From assembly GCA_030295235.1 (NCBI GenBank), contig AP026137.1, forward strand, positions 682,001 through 746,000: a DNA stretch of 64,000 nucleotides. Direction: 5' to 3'. Under the pieces are notes generated by a model. The model was not told the DNA's origin. It did no database searches and saw only the letters and a program-made list of their open reading frames with translations. Origin of the DNA: Fistulifera solaris (lineage: Eukaryota). The translations under genes were made by a program, and so were the position numbers. Shown here piece by piece: positions 59,499 to 64,000 of the stretch (its first letter is position 1; every line of letters starts with the position of its first letter).

Positions 59499-61184
59499 CT
59501 AGTCAAGATCAACCCAATCAGGAATATAGGTTGTCCGTGCGATCTTGATAAACTCCAAAAGAGCAGTAGCCTCCAAAATCTCTGTTTCAAAGTCGCCCGT
59601 CGCCTTGGCAGTGGACGAGAAGCACTGACGGAGAGCATGGGTAGCATGTGCTGATGCATCGCGGAGGCGCTCCTGCACGATGTAACCCAACGTTCGACCA
59701 TCTGCAGTCGCTCCCCAAACTTCGAGCTTCGAGTTGTCTGTCAGACCTTGATGAAGCGGCTTCCATCTATGCCTGTTTTCATCATATATTTGATCACGAT
59801 GGTTCAAATCTGCTTGTGTTTGATCTTCCGTAGTCCTTGATTCTGTCGAATTTTCTTTGGCCCGGATCAAAACAACCAAAGGCACTAGATAAATGACCAT
59901 CTCAAAACATTCAAAGTTTAAAAGCAAGTGCGACCCGACCCCAAAGGGCTCCGGCCGAATGAGCTTCGCCCCTTTTCGTTTCAATGCAGAAAGTAAATTC
60001 GAAGGGACTTTGCGGTTCGGAGTGAGAAGAACACGACATCTTATCACCGGTCTTTTCGACGTCAGGCGTCTGCGTTTGGAAGGAGGGGCATCTCCCGTAT
60101 CTTCCACTACTTCATCTGTGGTAAAAACCAGCGGCTTCATCCAAGCATCCTCCAACGTCAACTTGACAGGCGGTGAATTCTCACGCTGTGTCTTTAATAC
60201 ATCTTGGCATACTTGAATGCCTTCGTTGACGATCTGATTGGCTTTGACTAACGTCTTGGGAGGCACAGTCTTCTTGTCAGCGATGCTCATATAAGCCAAA
60301 CAAACAGTTCCTGCCGCCCGCATTTTGTCTAAATGTTTCAATGCGCGTGTAATGTCTGCCTCACTGAGTCCTTCTCGAAGCTGTTGCTGTGAAACACTCC
60401 TGGTGGGAAGCGGAACAGACGCCTGTGCTTTTTCCATAGCGTCTGCGAGAAGTTCATTTGGTTTCTGAAGAGGTTTCGTTTTATGCAATTTCTCGTACAA
60501 ATGCTCATGTCGACGCTGGGCGCACTGGGCCAAAATTTTGCTCGGTTGAGGATTCGCGAGTTCCGCAAAGTCCGTTTCTTTCTTGGCCAGAGTCTCCGCC
60601 AAAAACCGATCCGCATCCGCCAATTTGACGATATGCGCTCTAATATTTTCCGTTTTTCGTTCTAAGTAAGTTTTCAATTTTTCCAGCTGCTCAGCAGTGA
60701 TCCCTTTCGCATTCTCTTCCGTCCCCGGCAGTACACCCAAATCGGTGGCCCAAATGCGGACCCCATCGGTATGTTGTCGCAATTGCACGGCTTTTTCCTC
60801 TCCGTACTTGGCTTTCATTTCTGCAACCGCCGTATCCGCGTGTTTTAAAATATAGAGCAAGTCTTCGCCATAATGATTGCGCAATTCTTTGATCGTGCTT
60901 TGTATGTCGGTGGTGGGTGCGGCAGCGGCAACGGGTGGGACGTAGTTTTTCTGTAATTTCTTGAGTCGTTTGGCTAGCGTTTTTCGATAATTTTCCAAAG
61001 AAGTGGCAGTGTTGAATACAGTTGCTTCGAATTGCGACGCGAGACGCAATTTGGAGGCCGGTGTAGCACCCGGTTCGAGAGCGGCGAGCACCTTCGAAAT
61101 CTCTCGGACTTCGGCGTTTCGATACGATTGCTGCACGGAAGCACGCCAATCAGCATCGGCAGCAGTTGCGGTAGCGTCCGTCAT
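59499..61184 (-). CDS. Protein with N-terminal KIX-like domain (Mediator Med15-like)
   Basis: DWRASVQQSYRNAEVREI...LASQFEATVFNTATSLENYRKTLAKRL resembles plant-type Med15 KIX. NLS-like PPSKRRR. Confidence 0.6.
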   Translation of the reverse strand: MTDATATAADADWRASVQQSYRNAEVREISKVLAALEPGATPASKLRLASQFEATVFNTATSLENYRKTLAKRLKKLQKNYVPPVAAAAPTTDIQSTIKELRNHYGEDLLYILKHADTAVAEMKAKYGEEKAVQLRQHTDGVRIWATDLGVLPGTEENAKGITAEQLEKLKTYLERKTENIRAHIVKLADADRFLAETLAKKETDFAELANPQPSKILAQCAQRRHEHLYEKLHKTKPLQKPNELLADAMEKAQASVPLPTRSVSQQQLREGLSEADITRALKHLDKMRAAGTVCLAYMSIADKKTVPPKTLVKANQIVNEGIQVCQDVLKTQRENSPPVKLTLEDAWMKPLVFTTDEVVEDTGDAPPSKRRRLTSKRPVIRCRVLLTPNRKVPSNLLSALKRKGAKLIRPEPFGVGSHLLLNFECFEMVIYLVPLVVLIRAKENSTESRTTEDQTQADLNHRDQIYDENRHRWKPLHQGLTDNSKLEVWGATADGRTLGYIVQERLRDASAHATHALRQCFSSTAKATGDFETEILEATALLEFIKIARTTYIPDWVDLD

Positions 61185-61644
61185 TTCTAATTAAGTATTA
61201 ATTGATAAGAAACATGCTTTTCTTCTCTTGCGAGAGCGAAAGGGTTCAAATAAAAAGTTCGACGTTTTTCTTGTCAAAAATCAAAAATAAAAAGCAAAAC
61301 TATTATCAATCGTGATTAGCAAGTCATGAATTATATGACGAATGACACATGACTGAATTTCAGTCGTTAAAAACGTCGTATACACGTTGGGCTATAGTAA
61401 ATCCCTAACCTCAGTCTTCAAAAATTATGCGGTAAGGTGGAACGTCTGGCCCTCGTCTCACAGCGGCGGAAATGTTTGCGTTTCGATATTTTTTCGATGG
61501 CCAACACAAATTTTCGGAGATCAAAAACAAAAAGATAAAACAAGTCAACTGGATGAGAAAAACAAACAAGCTAAGCGATATCGCCTCCACTTTCATTGAA
61601 ACTATTATAAAGCACCACTTGAGACGACCACACGGAGTAAAACA

Positions 61645-62783
61645 ATGACCGTATCCCCCCAACTTGACGACCCCTTTGAAACACAAAAACAAGTGCTTGC
61701 TGCCTTGATGCAATTAGAAGAATCGTTGAAAGAGCTCAACGATGGCGTATCACCTCCAACACTATCACACTATCGCTCCATACCCGAAGATGTCAAAGAA
61801 TCGTACAGTCTCCTGACACAAGGCGCCGAAATCATTCACGCCAGCAGCACCAAATACACGCTTCTAGGGAAACTCGACGCCACCGAACAAGGTCGTGCAC
61901 TGCGCGACATTGTCAACGGTTGTCAGCTCATGGGTACGGCGTGTCTGGTCATACATGACGATCAAACGGGATGTGCTCGTCCGACCCGACAACACTGCAA
62001 GCGAGTCACACGTGCCATGGTATTGTCCGTCCTACAAATGATTCATGTTTGGGTGGACCAGTTGGCGCAGGGCAGTGACAACAATCTCGGAGCACAAAAG
62101 GCGGGGACTGTTTGGGAAAAATGCAATGTGATTTTGGAAAACGACTTCCGCAAGGGAATCGGAATTGCATACGACGAGACTTGCTTACTTATATGAAAGA
62201 TTGTGCCGATACCATGACAGAATTTCAAGATTTGATTGACCAGGGACCGTCCACTGCGGAACGAGCGGAAGTTCTCGACACCAATGATACTGATTTTTCG
62301 GTTTTGCACATGTTACAGCAAGCCTTAGACGGAGACGAAAGCACTTATACCGAGAACGAGCTTCCAGTCGCCACGGCCACTCTCTACCTAATCAAGCTAT
62401 CTCGCGGTTGCATCAATTTATCGATGCAGTGCATGGAGGAGATCACGGGATATGCAGCTGATCATGAAGAAGTAAGTCGACTTGATTGGATATCCAAGTT
62501 GTATGACTTGGCACATGATGTGGGCGTTGGGGTGACCGATCTCGGGGCGACAATGTACCCGCCATTACAAGTCAGTTCTCTCAAGGAGCAAGTCGAACAC
62601 CAATGCACCGTAATACGGAATCTTTTATCGTGTGTTTCCGAGCTCAGAGAATTTATTCGAAAAGCGACCAATTCGAATCAGACGTTGTCCTTGGATACAA
62701 TTTCATTGTTTTCAAAACTGGAGACTGCATTTCAAAAACGGCACGGAGAAGCAATGCATGCTATTGAAATGTTCACTTCATGA
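61645..62783 (+). CDS. GCIP/CCNDBP1-like helical protein (frameshifted)
   Basis: Motifs IHASSTKYTLL, GTVWEKC, LPQGNRNCIRRDLL...DTMTEF and VTDLGATMYPP. Frameshift near 62140. Confidence 0.65.
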
Positions 62784-63554
62784 TTACCTGATATTTCTTC
62801 GTTCGGTTGATAATGCATGGCGTCTACCAACGTGAGATGAGGAGTTGATGGTTGCTAGATCTTAGCCCTGGACGATCATAGTTTTCCAAAGATCTCGCAT
62901 GAGCAGGTACCGGTAAGATACGTTTGACTATAAGTTTTGATACCACTTTAATTTATTCAAAACAGAACGTACACAAACGCTTATACTAGAGATGTTGATA
63001 GATGTTCTATGTTATGCTCGTGTACCTGGTGTTTTTGTGCGTGACCTTCGCAAAGGTCGAATGCAAACGGGGGCGGAGAATGACGAAAGGATTGAGTATC
63101 GATCAACGATCGATCAATTCGATGTTTTCTTCCACTTCTCCGTTAACAAAGCCATCAAACGCGTCGTTTTATCACAAGAAGAGTCCAAACGAGATCCGGG
63201 AGACCTAGATGTATCCATCGAAGGCTTTTAGTCGATCGGATAATCTAGTAAGGGTCATTCAGGTGATTTTGACGCTCCGACGGAAACGCAACAAAATGAC
63301 GCAACAAGCTTGGAATACGGCCGTAATGGGTCTATGCCTTACCGCGATTTGCTTAGTGGGATTTTTCTTCCTTTCGGCTGGAAACAACGCAGAAAACGCG
63401 CAATCTTTCACTCATTCAAAAGGACAGAGTTCACGAAGTCGTCACCGAATTATGCAGTAAAATCCCAGACTCGTTTCGTTTCTTTGTGGAGAGTCTTTGC
63501 AACATTTTCAGCAACTACATGAATGAAAGGTTTAGAAAGGCTAAAACAGAACTG

Positions 63555-64000
63555 ATGGAAGACGTAGTTGACATGACGATCGTTAATCATGCTGGTTCCT
63601 GTCAATGCGAAGCTGTTACGTTTATGGTACGTTAAGATTGAAATGGGGCCGAGTGAGTTATGTAATTACTTTCACTGACCTGAAATGTACTTTGATAGAT
63701 GGAAGCCCCACGCAGTCTAAAGATCGAACCGCCGTCGATGAAAGGCGCACACGATGATGACGCCTTGGATTTGAATAGTTTTCCCAAAACGATTGTGCAA
63801 CAAAAACATTTTTCTCTGATCCAGGGAAAAGAAAACATTCGCAGCTACCAAAAGCCATTCAAACCCAAAGAAACAGAATATCATCATGCGCTAGCCGTTT
63901 ACGCCTTTTCGCACCGTTCGAAGCGTGATCAAGCGCTCAATCCGAACACGATCCAAACGTTTTGCGGGCTGTGCGGAACACAATTGGTGTGGAAGCCTCA
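63555..64000 (+). CDS. GFA / CENP-V family protein, 3'-partial (missed by the ORF track)
   Basis: MEDVVDMTIVNHAGSCQCEAVTFM, intron 63627-63698, then MEAPRSL...HFSLIQGKENIRSYQ. After an apparent frameshift comes TFCGLCGTQL. Confidence 0.7.

Noticed and set aside
5290..62145. Programmed ribosomal frameshifting as explanation for split genes
   Set aside because: There is no common slippery motif or direction, and too many unrelated genes are affected. Assembly error is simpler.
62992..63460. Small hydrophobic ORFs upstream of the GFA-like gene
   Set aside because: They could be a frameshifted small membrane protein, but there is no motif or clear gene structure to support a call.

Overview
This is eukaryotic nuclear DNA, gene-dense with short (~60-80 bp) introns. 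Gene content and style point to a pennate diatom (inference). It holds about 25 protein-coding loci: a CDPK-like kinase, GH5 glucanase, PhyH-like dioxygenase, ion-channel-type adenylyl cyclase, SNase nuclease, cyclophilin-like protein, DNA ligase IV, REX4, Nuf2, a SET+MBD protein, SDR, EEP/CCR4-like protein, F-box protein, N-terminally extended cycloartenol synthase, PDE, two-pore channel, RPS27, a KIX/Med15-like protein, GCIP-like and GFA-like proteins. Many genes carry single-base frameshifts, most likely assembly indels. The most structured accessory region is 19.8-24.4 kb. There a palindromic minisatellite abuts a nine-unit ~228-bp satellite with modular variants. The last unit is split by a 5'-truncated, 5'-inverted (twin-priming-type) RNase H-bearing non-LTR retrotransposon with an exact 21-bp target-site duplication. 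Four other non-coding repeat structures occur: a fold-back MITE between the glycosylase-like gene and LIG4, a ~70-nt hairpin motif at ~212-bp spacing, further copies of the CCAGAAAATCTGG minisatellite, and a ~62-bp two-copy motif. No CRISPR array, tRNA or rRNA was recognised. All family calls are from motif recognition by eye; no database search was run.
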